DNA from: Verrucomicrobiota bacterium
GTDB taxonomy: Bacteria; Verrucomicrobiota; Lentisphaeria; Lentisphaerales; Lentisphaeraceae
Reading direction: 5' to 3'
Assembly (NCBI GenBank): GCA_039798785.1
Contig: JBDKFG010000030.1
Span: 1 to 54,161 of the forward strand
DNA length: 54,161 nucleotides
Shown here: positions 19,609 through 29,006 of the stretch, one piece after another
Position numbering within the stretch: position 1 is the first letter of the stretch
Layout: every line of letters begins with the position of its first letter
Made by a program: the position numbers and the translations under genes
The notes under the pieces: model-generated
Seen by the model: only the letters and a program-made list of their open reading frames with translations
What the model was told of the DNA's origin: nothing
The model's database searches: none

Positions 19609-21540
19609 ATGATGCTAGTTACGGAGGCTGACTATCAAGAAGCGCTGGCCTGGCTAGTGAAGTTAGGTGACGCCCAGGTGGGGACACCTGAAGCCGATGA
19701 AGCGGAGGTTTTGAAGGTGGAAATCAATGCTTTCGAGTCTATTCGTGTAGTTCCAGACTCTGTCGCGGAAATGCCGACTGAGGGGCCGTCAGAGACGAAC
19801 TCAGTCCCACCAAAAGATGCAGATGTGAGCGCTGGTACGGGTGAAGTGAAAGGTCCGGGCCCCCTGCCTCTGTCGACTGACTTTGATTATTTTGATGCTC
19901 GTGCTGAGCTGAATTCTCTGAAGGCAGCAGCTCCTGGCACTCCTGAAAAAGAAAAGCAATTGGAGTTGGCCGCCAGGATAAGAGCGTATGAAAAGCTTCA
20001 TCCCCCGATTAGATCGGGCGAGGCTCCGAAGATTCCTGTGAGGGATAAGTACCGGGAATACTGGGAGAATTTAGTCCGCGATCTGCGTGAGCTTCCTTAT
20101 GAGACGGAATGGCTGATGTACAGGGTTTCTCCTGGAACGCCCCAAGAGATCGGGAAATGCGTTTCTGCTTTGGCTAATTCGGCGGCCGTGGCGGCTGAAC
20201 CTTTCGCCTATCTTATTTGGGGAATCAGAGAGACTAGTCGAGAGATAGTAGGAACCAGATTCTCCCCCGAAGACAAGGTTGATGGCGAAAACTTGGGGAC
20301 TCATCTGTTTCAGGGATTGTGGCCGAGACATCATATTCGTTTTGTAAAGATCAAGATGGGCATCCATGAGTTAGTTATGCTAAAAATAAGAGCCGCACAA
20401 GGAAATAGTTTGCGGTACCGAGGAAATGTTTATATTCGCAACGGCTCAAGTAGCGATATTCGAGTGGTGACAGTTAATGAGCTTAATAAACTAGAAGCGG
20501 TTCTTGATTGGTCACCATTTTTTGAATTAGAGATTGCGGCTGAGAAACTCACTGATAAAGACGTTCTAAAGGCTCTGCAGTTTCACGAGTACTTTAAGCT
20601 GAGAAGAATCCCCTTGCCGAAGGATACAGCAGACATCCTGATGGAGCTGGCTGATGCTCAACTCATTTCTCCTAGTGAACCTGTTGGCTGGAATATCACC
20701 AATATTGGCGCCATTCTTTTTGCGCATGAGCTTGGTAACTTCGGTCATTTAGTGTGTAAGTCATTCAAAGTCGTTAGATATCAAGGTTCGGACAATAAAA
20801 ACACGGTATTTTCAAAAGTATATACTGCTGGATATGCGGTGAAATTTCCTGATTTTATGGCTACTGTGAAGCAAGCTTTGATAGCGAAATTTGAAGGGGC
20901 AAGTCAGGGAAGAAAAAATTTGAAGTTTCCCGAGCAGTTACTGCAAGAACTGGTCATCAATGCTTTAGTTCACCAACTCTTATCGTTCCCTCAGGGGCCA
21001 TTGGTTGAGATCTTTGAGGATAGGATAGAAATATCCAACGCAGGAAATCCACTGATTAATTATCCAGACTTGCTTAAAGATGGCCCGAAGTTCAGGAATC
21101 TGCCGTTGACTTCAACAATGCGCCATCTGGGGCTTTTCAAGGGGGTGGGAGACGGCTTTAATCATGTACTCTCTCTTGTCGAGGGTGAGCATCTCGCACC
21201 CCCCCTGTTTAAAGCGGCAGATTTCAGCCTGAAGACCAGGATCATCATTTTCCCTCGTCGCACATTGTCGGAGCTCGACAATGAAGAGCGCATCCGCGCC
21301 TGCTACCAGCATGCGTGTCTGAAGTGGGCGAATAGCCGGAAGCACTCCGTGGTAGGGCAAATGGTCTGCGACTACCTCACCAACACCTCCTTGCGCGAGC
21401 GCTTTGGAGTCGGGGAAAACAAGAAGACCACCATCTCACTCATCATCCGCAAAACCATCGACGCCGGGCTCATCCGCTGCTTTGATGAAAATGTGTCGCC
21501 CAAGCTGCGGCAGTATGTGCCTTACTGGGCCGACGAATAG
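19609..21540 (+). CDS. Schlafen/AlbA_2-like + HATPase-like + wHTH protein with HigA-like N-terminal repeats
   Basis: ETEW, SALANSA, YLIWGI, ELVINALVHQ, VEIFEDRIEISN.G, RIRACYQHACLK, TNTSLRERFG, YVPYWA. Confidence 0.8.
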   Translation: MMLVTEADYQEALAWLVKLGDAQVGTPEADEAEVLKVEINAFESIRVVPDSVAEMPTEGPSETNSVPPKDADVSAGTGEVKGPGPLPLSTDFDYFDARAELNSLKAAAPGTPEKEKQLELAARIRAYEKLHPPIRSGEAPKIPVRDKYREYWENLVRDLRELPYETEWLMYRVSPGTPQEIGKCVSALANSAAVAAEPFAYLIWGIRETSREIVGTRFSPEDKVDGENLGTHLFQGLWPRHHIRFVKIKMGIHELVMLKIRAAQGNSLRYRGNVYIRNGSSSDIRVVTVNELNKLEAVLDWSPFFELEIAAEKLTDKDVLKALQFHEYFKLRRIPLPKDTADILMELADAQLISPSEPVGWNITNIGAILFAHELGNFGHLVCKSFKVVRYQGSDNKNTVFSKVYTAGYAVKFPDFMATVKQALIAKFEGASQGRKNLKFPEQLLQELVINALVHQLLSFPQGPLVEIFEDRIEISNAGNPLINYPDLLKDGPKFRNLPLTSTMRHLGLFKGVGDGFNHVLSLVEGEHLAPPLFKAADFSLKTRIIIFPRRTLSELDNEERIRACYQHACLKWANSRKHSVVGQMVCDYLTNTSLRERFGVGENKKTTISLIIRKTIDAGLIRCFDENVSPKLRQYVPYWADE

Positions 21541-21631
21541 CGATGAAACCCTTCTCTGGTGGGGCTTGAGCGTCAGACGGCTTTGCGATCACCGACTAAA
21601 TTCACGAAAAACCCATTTCAGGTAAACGACC

Positions 21632-22918
21632 ATGCTGCATCACCTCCACCTTCAAGGCGTCGGCCCCGCCGCCGAAATGAAGCTCGACCTCAAGCCGCGC
21701 TTCAATATCATCACCGGCGACAACGGCCTCGGCAAGAGCTTCCTGCTCGATGTCGCGTGGTGGGCACTGACCCGCAAATGGCCGAAAGTCCTGAATCCCC
21801 AGCTCACCAGCGGCTACACCGCGCTGCCCCGCGAAGCCAAGAAGGCCAGCCTGAAGTTCAGTCTCAGCGGCAAGGGCAAGAAGCTTCTGGAGTACAGCAG
21901 CACCTATGCCCCCCGCGACCAAGCCTGGACCGGCAAATCCGGCCGCCCAGCGAACCCTGGTCTGGTGCTCTACGCCATGGCTGACGGCAGCTTCGCCTTG
22001 TGGGACCCGGCGCGCAACTACTGGAAGACCCTGAATGGCGTCGATGAACAGGACCGGCCGCCGGCCTACATCTTCAGCCCCTCGCAAGTCTGGGACGGCT
22101 TGCCGGGTGAAGCCAATTCCATGCTCTGCAATGGCTTGATCCGCGACTGGGCCGGCTGGCAGAAAGAAAACGGCGAGGCCTTCAAGTTGCTGAAGAAAGT
22201 TCTGGAGGCGCTTTCGCCCTCCGAAGGCGAAAAGCTCTGCCCCGGCAAGCTGACTCGCATCAGCCTGGATGATGTCCGCGACATGCCGACCATCCGCATG
22301 CCTTACGAAGCAGATGGTGCCGCCATCGTCCATGCCTCGTCGGGCATCCGCCGCATCGTCGCTCTCGCCTATTTCCTGGTCTGGTCCTGGGAGGAGCACA
22401 AGCGCGCTTCATCGCTCGTCGGCGACCCTGTCGCCAAGCAGATCATCTTCCTGGTCGACGAGATTGAATCGCACCTTCACCCCAGTTGGCAGCGCTCGAT
22501 CATGCCGGCCTTGCTGGGAGTGGCGGAAAAGCTCCACAAGGGCACCCAGGTGCAGATCCTGGCGACGACGCATTCACCCTTGATCATGGCGTCGTTGGAG
22601 CCGGCTTTCACTGACGAGCAGGATGCTTGGTTTGATCTGGATTCGGAGCACGGCAAGGTGGCCCTGCGGCAACGGGAGTTCGTCCGCAAGGGCGATGCCT
22701 CGAAGTGGCTGATCAGCCCGGCCTTTGATCTGCAATCTTCGTACTCCCTGGAGGCTGAGCGGATGCTTCAGCAAGCTCAGGAGCTGCTGAGTCAAGCCAA
22801 AATCGACAAGAAGAAGGCGCTGGAGCTGGATGCCAAGCTGCGCGCTGTACTCAGCGATACCGACTCCTTCTCGATCCGATGGCGCTTCGTCGGCGAAAAG
22901 CAGGGCTGGCTGAAATGA
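21632..22918 (+). CDS. ABC/AAA ATPase, Septu PtuA-like
   Basis: ITGDNGLGKS, ASSG signature, LVDEIESHLHPSWQR, TTHSP. Confidence 0.85.
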   Translation: MLHHLHLQGVGPAAEMKLDLKPRFNIITGDNGLGKSFLLDVAWWALTRKWPKVLNPQLTSGYTALPREAKKASLKFSLSGKGKKLLEYSSTYAPRDQAWTGKSGRPANPGLVLYAMADGSFALWDPARNYWKTLNGVDEQDRPPAYIFSPSQVWDGLPGEANSMLCNGLIRDWAGWQKENGEAFKLLKKVLEALSPSEGEKLCPGKLTRISLDDVRDMPTIRMPYEADGAAIVHASSGIRRIVALAYFLVWSWEEHKRASSLVGDPVAKQIIFLVDEIESHLHPSWQRSIMPALLGVAEKLHKGTQVQILATTHSPLIMASLEPAFTDEQDAWFDLDSEHGKVALRQREFVRKGDASKWLISPAFDLQSSYSLEAERMLQQAQELLSQAKIDKKKALELDAKLRAVLSDTDSFSIRWRFVGEKQGWLK

Positions 22919-23517
22919 TCCCCGTCAAGCTTCAGAAGGAGCCGGCGGGTTTTGACCTCAAGGTCCGCCAGCGAGGCTTGACCTGGCTCGGCAAAGCGGG
23001 GCTAAACGGGGCCTCGCCGACCCCGGAAGGCACTGAATTCCCTCCCTGCTGGCGGGAATGCCTGCCGGAGCTACATCGCGCCTATTCCGGCATCTGCGCC
23101 TACCTCTGCGTCTACATCGAGCGGGTGACGGGCGGCAGCAGCGTCGACCATTTCATCGCCAAGTCTCGTGATGCCTCCCAGGCTTACGAGTGGAACAACT
23201 ACCGGCTTGCCTGCAGCACGCAGAATTGCCGCAAGCGCGACTATGACGATGTTCTTGATCCCATCGGCCTCAAGCCCGACTGGTTCCACCTGGAGCTGGT
23301 CAGTGGGCACATCTACCCCAATCCCAAGCTCAGCGCCGCCAAGCGTCAGCAGGTGGCAGACACCATCGCCCGCCTCGGCTTGGATGATCCCGAGTGTCGG
23401 GAGATCCGCCTGCGGCGTTTCGAGGAGTTTGCGAAAGGAGAGGTGACTGCGCCTTTCCTCTTGCGCTATTCACCCTTTGTTCATCTTGAAGCCAAGCGGC
23501 AAGGATTGCTCGAATGA
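22915..23517 (+). CDS. HNH endonuclease, Septu PtuB-like
   Basis: CAYLC, SVDHFIAKS, YEWNNYRLAC...N..K, VLDP. Start moved to ATG 22915 (ATGA overlap). Confidence 0.85.
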   Translation: MIPVKLQKEPAGFDLKVRQRGLTWLGKAGLNGASPTPEGTEFPPCWRECLPELHRAYSGICAYLCVYIERVTGGSSVDHFIAKSRDASQAYEWNNYRLACSTQNCRKRDYDDVLDPIGLKPDWFHLELVSGHIYPNPKLSAAKRQQVADTIARLGLDDPECREIRLRRFEEFAKGEVTAPFLLRYSPFVHLEAKRQGLLE

Positions 23518-25445
23518 AAAAACTGACCACGCACGAGATTCAACAGATCCTCCAGGACCGCTGGCCTTGGGACAGACGGGGCACCCGGCTGCCGAAGGTC
23601 CTGGAAAACGAGATGGCGCTCGACAAGCTTTTCGCCATCGGTTCGGAGGCCTTCGCCTGCCGCAAGCGCCTGATGGAGGGAACTCGTGGCGACATCAAAA
23701 AACTGGGCGATTTGCGGCAGTCGCTACACGCTCTCTTCGCGGAACCCGAGCGGCGAGCACGCTTCTACTGGGGACCCAAATTCGGCGAAGGCGACCTCGG
23801 TTTCCTCGCCCTGCTGCGCTACTCCATCGACAAAATCGGCGGCAAATCCCGGGTCCTCAATTTGAATTGCACCGAGTCCTACGGCGATGACTTGGAATCA
23901 CGAGCCGCAGCGGTCAGACGATCCGAGGTGGCAACAAGCAAAAAGCCCCAGGCCGCGCCCCAGAGCAAGCCGATGCCGCCGCGGGAACTGGCGGAAATGG
24001 GCTTGAGTCATTTGTTTCTCTTTTTGGAGGCGCCACTGTCGCAGGCCCACTGGCGATTGATCTTCCTCGATCACGCCTACGCCGGCTTTGCTGAGGCGAT
24101 CTTCCCGGATCGGGAGCTGGTGGCCTACTTCATCGACGATGAATTCGAGGCGGCCAGCAAGATTCGCGACGCTCTTCTCAAGCTCGGCCATGATCTCGGC
24201 ACGCAACGCGGTTTTGTGCAGCAACGCCGGGGGGAAATCGAAGCTCTGTCCGGAGTGCTGCAAAGCAGCGTCGAGTCCTTGGAAAAGCGCAAGACGGATT
24301 TGCACGACGCGGTGAGCCGCCTGGCTCATGATCCCGACGCCCTGCAGGCGGAAATCCTGCGGATCACCCAGACCGCCAAGACGCAGGACTGGCGAATCCA
24401 GGCGAAGCTCATTCTTCCCGGCGAGGAGCTGCCGGAAGCGGCACCCGAGGTGGAAGCCGCCTTGCCTCCCCGCCTGAAGCGGCTCGACGCCGAGCTGCTC
24501 CGATTGACGGAAAGCCACGACAAGGCCCGCGAACTCAGCCATTTGAACAGCCTGGTCTTGTTGCACGACAGCCAGCGCGGGGAAGATCTGCTGCACGAGC
24601 TCAAAGACATGCTGACGGACAACTTGATCGGCGGCGATCAAGCCCAGCTCTTCCGTCCGCCGGAGGCCGAGGTCTATGAGCGATTGGACTGGCTCTTGCA
24701 GCTCCATAAGAATCCTGAAGGTCACATCCTGGAGCCGATGCGGGTGAGCGCGGTGCTGAGCTCTTTGGCGGAAGCCATCCGACTGAGCGTGCTCGCCATC
24801 AAGAAGAGGAGCGTCCATAGCGGCGGCTCGCAGCGCGAAGAGGAATTGCTGCGGCGTTGTGACGCCCAGAAGGAACAGATCGGCGATCTCCTCAGCCAGA
24901 TGATCCGCAAGAACCGCGAAGTCCGCAATCTCGAAGAGAAGCTCAAGCGCCTCGATAAGAACCCGGCGGGTCAAAGCGCGGCCGCCGTCGACGCCTTGCC
25001 GGCCCTCAAGACACCTCTCGACTGCATTCACCTCGCGGAAGAACGATTCCCCGACGACTTCGTCTTCCTCGACAGCGCTTATGAATCCGCCGCCGAATCC
25101 CCCTTCGTCAACTGCGGCGAACTGTGGAAGCACTTCGAGGTGATGGCTCAGTTGACCGCGATCTGGCGACAGAACCGTGGCTCCCTCGGCGATAGCTTCC
25201 ACTCGACCTTCAAGCGTCTCGGCCTGGGCGACTACAAGGGCCACCTCAGCGACACCGCCGCGACGCGCCACCGCGAGCACTATCTCTTCACCTGGAACGG
25301 CACGCAGCATCTCTTCGAGGAGCATTTCACCCTCGGCTCGAAAGATGCCAACACCTGTCTCTCCCTGCATTTCCTCCGCGATGAAGTTCACCATCGCTTC
25401 ATCATCGGCCATGTCGGCCGGCACCTGCCCAACAGCCAGAGCTGA
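23514..25445 (+). CDS. Uncharacterised coiled-coil protein with a conserved-looking C-terminal domain (643 aa)
   Basis: ATGA overlap with the HNH gene; two coiled-coil stretches; C-terminus H..LG...CLSLHF..D....FIIGHVGRHLPN. Confidence 0.75.
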   Translation: MKKLTTHEIQQILQDRWPWDRRGTRLPKVLENEMALDKLFAIGSEAFACRKRLMEGTRGDIKKLGDLRQSLHALFAEPERRARFYWGPKFGEGDLGFLALLRYSIDKIGGKSRVLNLNCTESYGDDLESRAAAVRRSEVATSKKPQAAPQSKPMPPRELAEMGLSHLFLFLEAPLSQAHWRLIFLDHAYAGFAEAIFPDRELVAYFIDDEFEAASKIRDALLKLGHDLGTQRGFVQQRRGEIEALSGVLQSSVESLEKRKTDLHDAVSRLAHDPDALQAEILRITQTAKTQDWRIQAKLILPGEELPEAAPEVEAALPPRLKRLDAELLRLTESHDKARELSHLNSLVLLHDSQRGEDLLHELKDMLTDNLIGGDQAQLFRPPEAEVYERLDWLLQLHKNPEGHILEPMRVSAVLSSLAEAIRLSVLAIKKRSVHSGGSQREEELLRRCDAQKEQIGDLLSQMIRKNREVRNLEEKLKRLDKNPAGQSAAAVDALPALKTPLDCIHLAEERFPDDFVFLDSAYESAAESPFVNCGELWKHFEVMAQLTAIWRQNRGSLGDSFHSTFKRLGLGDYKGHLSDTAATRHREHYLFTWNGTQHLFEEHFTLGSKDANTCLSLHFLRDEVHHRFIIGHVGRHLPNSQS

Positions 25446-25516
25446 GCGATGGCACCCGAGGTCAGGGCAATGATTGGCGCAGGATTTGAGCTCAACTCCA
25501 GCTTGGCCAAAACTAT

Positions 25517-25657
25517 GCCACTTCTTAGCCACTTGCCTCGGAAATGGGCCATTTTCACGCCACTTTCGAGCACTTCTTTTCCGTGCTCGCCGAGTCCTCT
25601 ACAGCCTACTTTTGAGCTCAAAAACCGGGGAAAACGTCAAATTTGAGAGGGAGTGGC
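25517..25657. repeat. GCCACTT repeats, possible integrase arm-type sites
   Basis: gccactt at 25517, 25528 and 25559; inverted agtggc at 25652. Confidence 0.45.
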
Positions 25658-25670
25658 CAAGGGTCGAAGT

Positions 25671-25686
25671 CTCCCCCCGCCTCCAC
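25671..25686 (+). other. Putative att core: 3' fragment of tmRNA (or tRNA-Ala)
   Basis: ctccccc-cgcctcc-a-c matches a T-stem 3' strand plus an Ala-type acceptor strand (G3.U70). No full RNA gene upstream. Confidence 0.55.
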
Positions 25687-25688
25687 TC

Positions 25689-25723
25689 AGCCCCCGCCGT
25701 TCCACACCGGCGGGGGCTTTCTT
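25689..25723 (+). terminator. Intrinsic terminator
   Basis: agcccccgccg-ttccacac-cggcgggggct, perfect 11-bp stem followed by a T-rich tail. Confidence 0.8.
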
Positions 25724-25860
25724 GTCTCAAGGCGACAAACGCGACGCACTATTACGCTCACACCCTGCCTTTCAATTCGGGAATTTCGAGACAAAATGCA
25801 AAAAACTGGACTGGAGTTTTTCCGGATCTGCGTAGTAATCAGCGGAGTAGGTCTTCGTGC

Positions 25861-27075
25861 TCAGGGGATCTTGTCGACCGCGGCCTTGAACCGGGCCAGG
25901 TCGTCGCCGGTGTAGCCGGCGTGGACCGACTTGCTGCTGTGGCCGACGATGCGCATCCGGTCGATCTCCGGGACCCCGGCGTTCGCCATCGCGGTGATGG
26001 CATAGGCGCGGAAGCCGTGGAAGTTCAGGTGCTCGCCCACCTGCTTGGCCCGCCTGTTGAAGGCCTTGCTGAAGTCGTGGCCGATCTTGTGGCCGTAGGT
26101 GCCGGTGTTGGGGAAGAGCTCGCCCTTGCGCTTGAGGAGCGGCTTGATGATCTCCTCCAGCTTGGCGGAGACGGGCACCAGGCGCACCGAGTCGCGGGTC
26201 TTTGTCGTCTTGCCGTCGTGGTCATTCACCGAGATGCAGAGGATGCCGCTCTCCTCGCGGATGTCCTCGCGCCGCAGCTGGCAGACCTCGGCCAGGCGCA
26301 TCCCGGTGTAGCGGGCGATCCGCGGCAGGAAGTGCCAGGCGTGCTTGTCGACGTTCTGGGCCGTCGCCGGGAACGGCAGCTCCAGCAATCCATCCGCGTC
26401 ATATTCGGTGACCGGTCGCGCCGACTTTCGGTTCTTCTTGCCCGCCGCGCCGATCCCGTCGGCCGGGCAGGCACGCTTGGGGATCTTGCCTTCCTGCACA
26501 TTCCATTGCCAGACGAAGCGGAAGCGCCGCAGGTAGTTGTTGATCGTCGTCGGCGAGGCCGTCTTCGCTCCCGCCGGCGCCGAGCTGATGACGGGCATCT
26601 TCTGCCATCCCGCCGGCAGGGTCAGCAGTCGGTCGCGGAACTGCGTGATCTCCGCCGTCGTCAGCTTGTCCGCCTCGATGCCGTCGAGGCCGAGTTTCCG
26701 GAAGGCTTCGCCGCAGGCCTGGTAGGTCTCGATCGTGCTCTCTGGCGCCTTGCTCTTGCGGCGGAATGAAAGGTAGGCTTCGAACATGTCCCCCACCGTC
26801 GGCACCTTGGAGTTACCCAGGTGGTGGCCGAGCTCCTGCAGGCGGTCCTTGAGTTCCTGGTCGGCGGCCGCCAGCAGGCCGAGCAGCGTCCGCATCATCT
26901 CGATCCCGCTCGCCGCCGTGAGCACGGGGATCAGGTAGCGGTCCCGCAGGCGCTCGGCTTCCTTCTGATTGCCGGTGTGCAGCGACTGCCAGAACTCGCC
27001 GCGGCAACCCCAGCACTTGGGCGGCCGCGCCACCCGGATGTGCCAGACTCCCGCCTGCTTGGTCAGGTGCTTCAT
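25861..27075 (-). CDS. int: Tyrosine recombinase / phage integrase
   Basis: YTGMRLAEV (R), KT (K), HGFR (HxxR), VGHS, HAGY (Y). Confidence 0.93.
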   Translation of the reverse strand: MKHLTKQAGVWHIRVARPPKCWGCRGEFWQSLHTGNQKEAERLRDRYLIPVLTAASGIEMMRTLLGLLAAADQELKDRLQELGHHLGNSKVPTVGDMFEAYLSFRRKSKAPESTIETYQACGEAFRKLGLDGIEADKLTTAEITQFRDRLLTLPAGWQKMPVISSAPAGAKTASPTTINNYLRRFRFVWQWNVQEGKIPKRACPADGIGAAGKKNRKSARPVTEYDADGLLELPFPATAQNVDKHAWHFLPRIARYTGMRLAEVCQLRREDIREESGILCISVNDHDGKTTKTRDSVRLVPVSAKLEEIIKPLLKRKGELFPNTGTYGHKIGHDFSKAFNRRAKQVGEHLNFHGFRAYAITAMANAGVPEIDRMRIVGHSSKSVHAGYTGDDLARFKAAVDKIP

Positions 27076-27434
27076 TTCTTCGAGTCGATCAGCTCGCGCA
27101 GCAGTCGGTGGGCTTCGCGGCGCTGCTCCTGGCTCAAGCCCCTGTAGGTGTCGAGGAGAAGGGCCTCATCCATCGGGATCTTGCTGGCGACATCGGTCTC
27201 GGTCAGGTCCTGCACATTGATGTACTTGCTGAAGACCGGCTCGAGGGCCTTGGCCGTCGCGGCCCGGAGCTCGACGGTCTTGCCCGTGACGATCCGGCTG
27301 ATGGCGGACTTGCTCAGCTGCACGGAGGCATCCGGCCTTGAGTTGAGGAACTTGCTCAGCGCATCCATGGAGCCGTGCTCCGCGATGGCTTCGTTGATCG
27401 CCTTGATCATCTTCTTGTTCACTGTCGTGCTCAT
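27072..27434 (-). CDS. CI-like HTH repressor
   Basis: LSKSAISRIVTGK HTH; C-terminal E..LL..YR.LS.EQR. Start moved to ATG 27434 (GAGGAG RBS). Overlaps int. Confidence 0.75.
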   Translation of the reverse strand: MSTTVNKKMIKAINEAIAEHGSMDALSKFLNSRPDASVQLSKSAISRIVTGKTVELRAATAKALEPVFSKYINVQDLTETDVASKIPMDEALLLDTYRGLSQEQRREAHRLLRELIDSKK

Positions 27435-27480
27435 CTCAGCCTCCTCTTGCCTGCACCACGGTCTGTTGGGTGCTTGCTGG

Positions 27481-27815
27481 TATGTTGCGTTTAGATTGAA
27501 ATTTTCGCTATAACTCACCTTGATTTGTTGCTATGATTCACTTATGTTGCATTTGTGGCGATGATGCCACCCACAGCCAAGGAGCTCCACATGCCTGCCA
27601 GGAGAAAACCGCACGATGCCCGCCGTTGGGTCGCCCATCGGTGTAGCCCGGAAACCACCAAGTTGCTGCACGAGATCTGCGATAAGCAGTCCGAGCGCGA
27701 GGGGAAGAAGATCAGTGTGCGAGAGGCCTTCGACCGGTCTGTTGCGCATTATCATCGCTCTTTTGTTGCGTCATTGTCTCGATAATCCCAATATGAGTTG
27801 CGTTCAGTTGCGTTG
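27481..27815. promoter_or_regulatory. Repeated (T/A)GTTGC motifs, candidate operators of the immunity switch
   Basis: tgttgc at about 27483, 27526, 27545, 27740 and 27764; agttgc at about 27796 and 27806. Confidence 0.45.
27591..27785 (+). CDS. Small DNA-binding protein in the Cro position (possibly ribbon-helix-helix)
   Basis: AAGGAG RBS, divergent from the repressor, strand-helix-helix-like pattern. Confidence 0.55.
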   Translation: MPARRKPHDARRWVAHRCSPETTKLLHEICDKQSEREGKKISVREAFDRSVAHYHRSFVASLSR

Positions 27816-27914
27816 CTCAATGATCCAAAGTTTTCGATCACATCGCAACGAGCTGCAGAAGCCGCACCGGGGAGGCGAATCCCGGCCAGTCAATGAACCC
27901 CAAGGAGAGAATCC

Positions 27915-28394
27915 ATGGAAGACCAGAACAGCAAGACCCGCAAGGCGATGAAAAAGGCCTGCAAGGATGTCGGGGGGGCTGAGGTGGCTAGGGCCATCGG
28001 CATGCACCCCGGCACCCTGAGCAACATGATCTCGGGCCAGTCCCCCTATGAACCACTGGGCAAGACGCCGAACCTGATCGACGCCTGCCTCAACTTCATG
28101 GCCGCCACCCAGAACGATGAGACTCTGGCCTACCTCGCCATGCAGAGGGGCTTCATCATCGTCCGCAATCCCGGCGTCGACCAGGGCGACGATCCAGCTA
28201 TAGCTGCCGTCAGCAAGATGCTCACCGGCTTCGCTCAGTTGATCGAAGAGATCAGCAACGCCAACGGTGACCTGCGGATCACCGGCAACGAGGCGGCGAA
28301 TATCCGGCACCGCTGGGAGCCTTTGAAGCGCTGCATCGAGGAGTTCGTCGTCGCCGCAGAAGCCGGAACCTACTGCCGGAAGGGGGAGGCATGA
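27915..28394 (+). CDS. Phage regulatory CII-family protein
   Basis: N-terminal HTH (VARAIGMHPGTLSN), DLRITGNEA motif, position as in 186/HP1. Confidence 0.7.
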   Translation: MEDQNSKTRKAMKKACKDVGGAEVARAIGMHPGTLSNMISGQSPYEPLGKTPNLIDACLNFMAATQNDETLAYLAMQRGFIIVRNPGVDQGDDPAIAAVSKMLTGFAQLIEEISNANGDLRITGNEAANIRHRWEPLKRCIEEFVVAAEAGTYCRKGEA

Positions 28395-28639
28395 GCCGCA
28401 CCCGCCAAGAAGAAGTCGCCGTCCTTGCCCAGTGGCAGACCGCGAAGAACTGCCAGGCCCTTTTCGGCATGAGCCGTTCCACCCTCAACGAGCTGGTCCA
28501 CAAGGGACACATCCGCGCCGCCAAGGAAGGCGATGCCAACCATGTCGTCCGCTACCGATGCCAGGATATCGACGCCTACCTGCTCGCCGTTTCTGCCGGC
28601 CAGGAGCCGCCCATCGTCCGCGGCAAGGTGAAGCCGTGA
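28391..28639 (+). CDS. Excisionase-like HTH protein
   Basis: GMSRSTLNELVHKGHIRA...VRYR..DIDAYL. Confidence 0.7.
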   Translation: MSRTRQEEVAVLAQWQTAKNCQALFGMSRSTLNELVHKGHIRAAKEGDANHVVRYRCQDIDAYLLAVSAGQEPPIVRGKVKP

Positions 28640-28851
28640 GCCGCCGGCAGCCGGATCTGGTCCGGATCGTCCTCGGCAGCAGCGAGCTCACCTGCCTCGC
28701 CTGTTCCGAACGCATCCAGGTCAATCCCCAAGGCTCAGGCCTTGAGCGCTGGCGCGAATTGATCCGCCTTGCCGATGACTTCGCCGTCTGGCATCGCCAC
28801 CCCGAGCAAAAAAAGCGCACCCCGGCTGCTTGCGACAGCCGAGGCGCATGA
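28636..28851 (+). CDS. Hypothetical phage protein
   Basis: GTGA overlap start; CxxC motif. Confidence 0.45.
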   Translation: MSRRQPDLVRIVLGSSELTCLACSERIQVNPQGSGLERWRELIRLADDFAVWHRHPEQKKRTPAACDSRGA

Positions 28852-29006
28852 ACACAGGAGCCCCCCATGAACACCACAAGCTTACGGTGCCGCCTTCGCC
28901 TCGTCAAGTTCAGCCTCTTGCTGGCCGCGGCCGCCTTCTACGTCTTCTTCGGCGTCGCCGAAGCCATCCGCCTTACCCAACAATTCCTTGCCTCCGGAGT
29001 TCTGCC

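Larger units (their letters stand above)
3069..25686. mobile_element. Defence island (left boundary uncertain, probably outside the window)
   Basis: Uninterrupted run of defence-type genes with mosaic GC, ending at an att-like tmRNA/tRNA 3' fragment. Confidence 0.7.

Noticed and set aside
21541..23517. Ec78-type retron
   Set aside because: No reverse transcriptase gene and no msr-msd-like inverted repeats nearby
25640..25690. Complete tRNA or tmRNA gene
   Set aside because: Only the 3' ~16 nt fit; no matching 5' acceptor strand or cloverleaf
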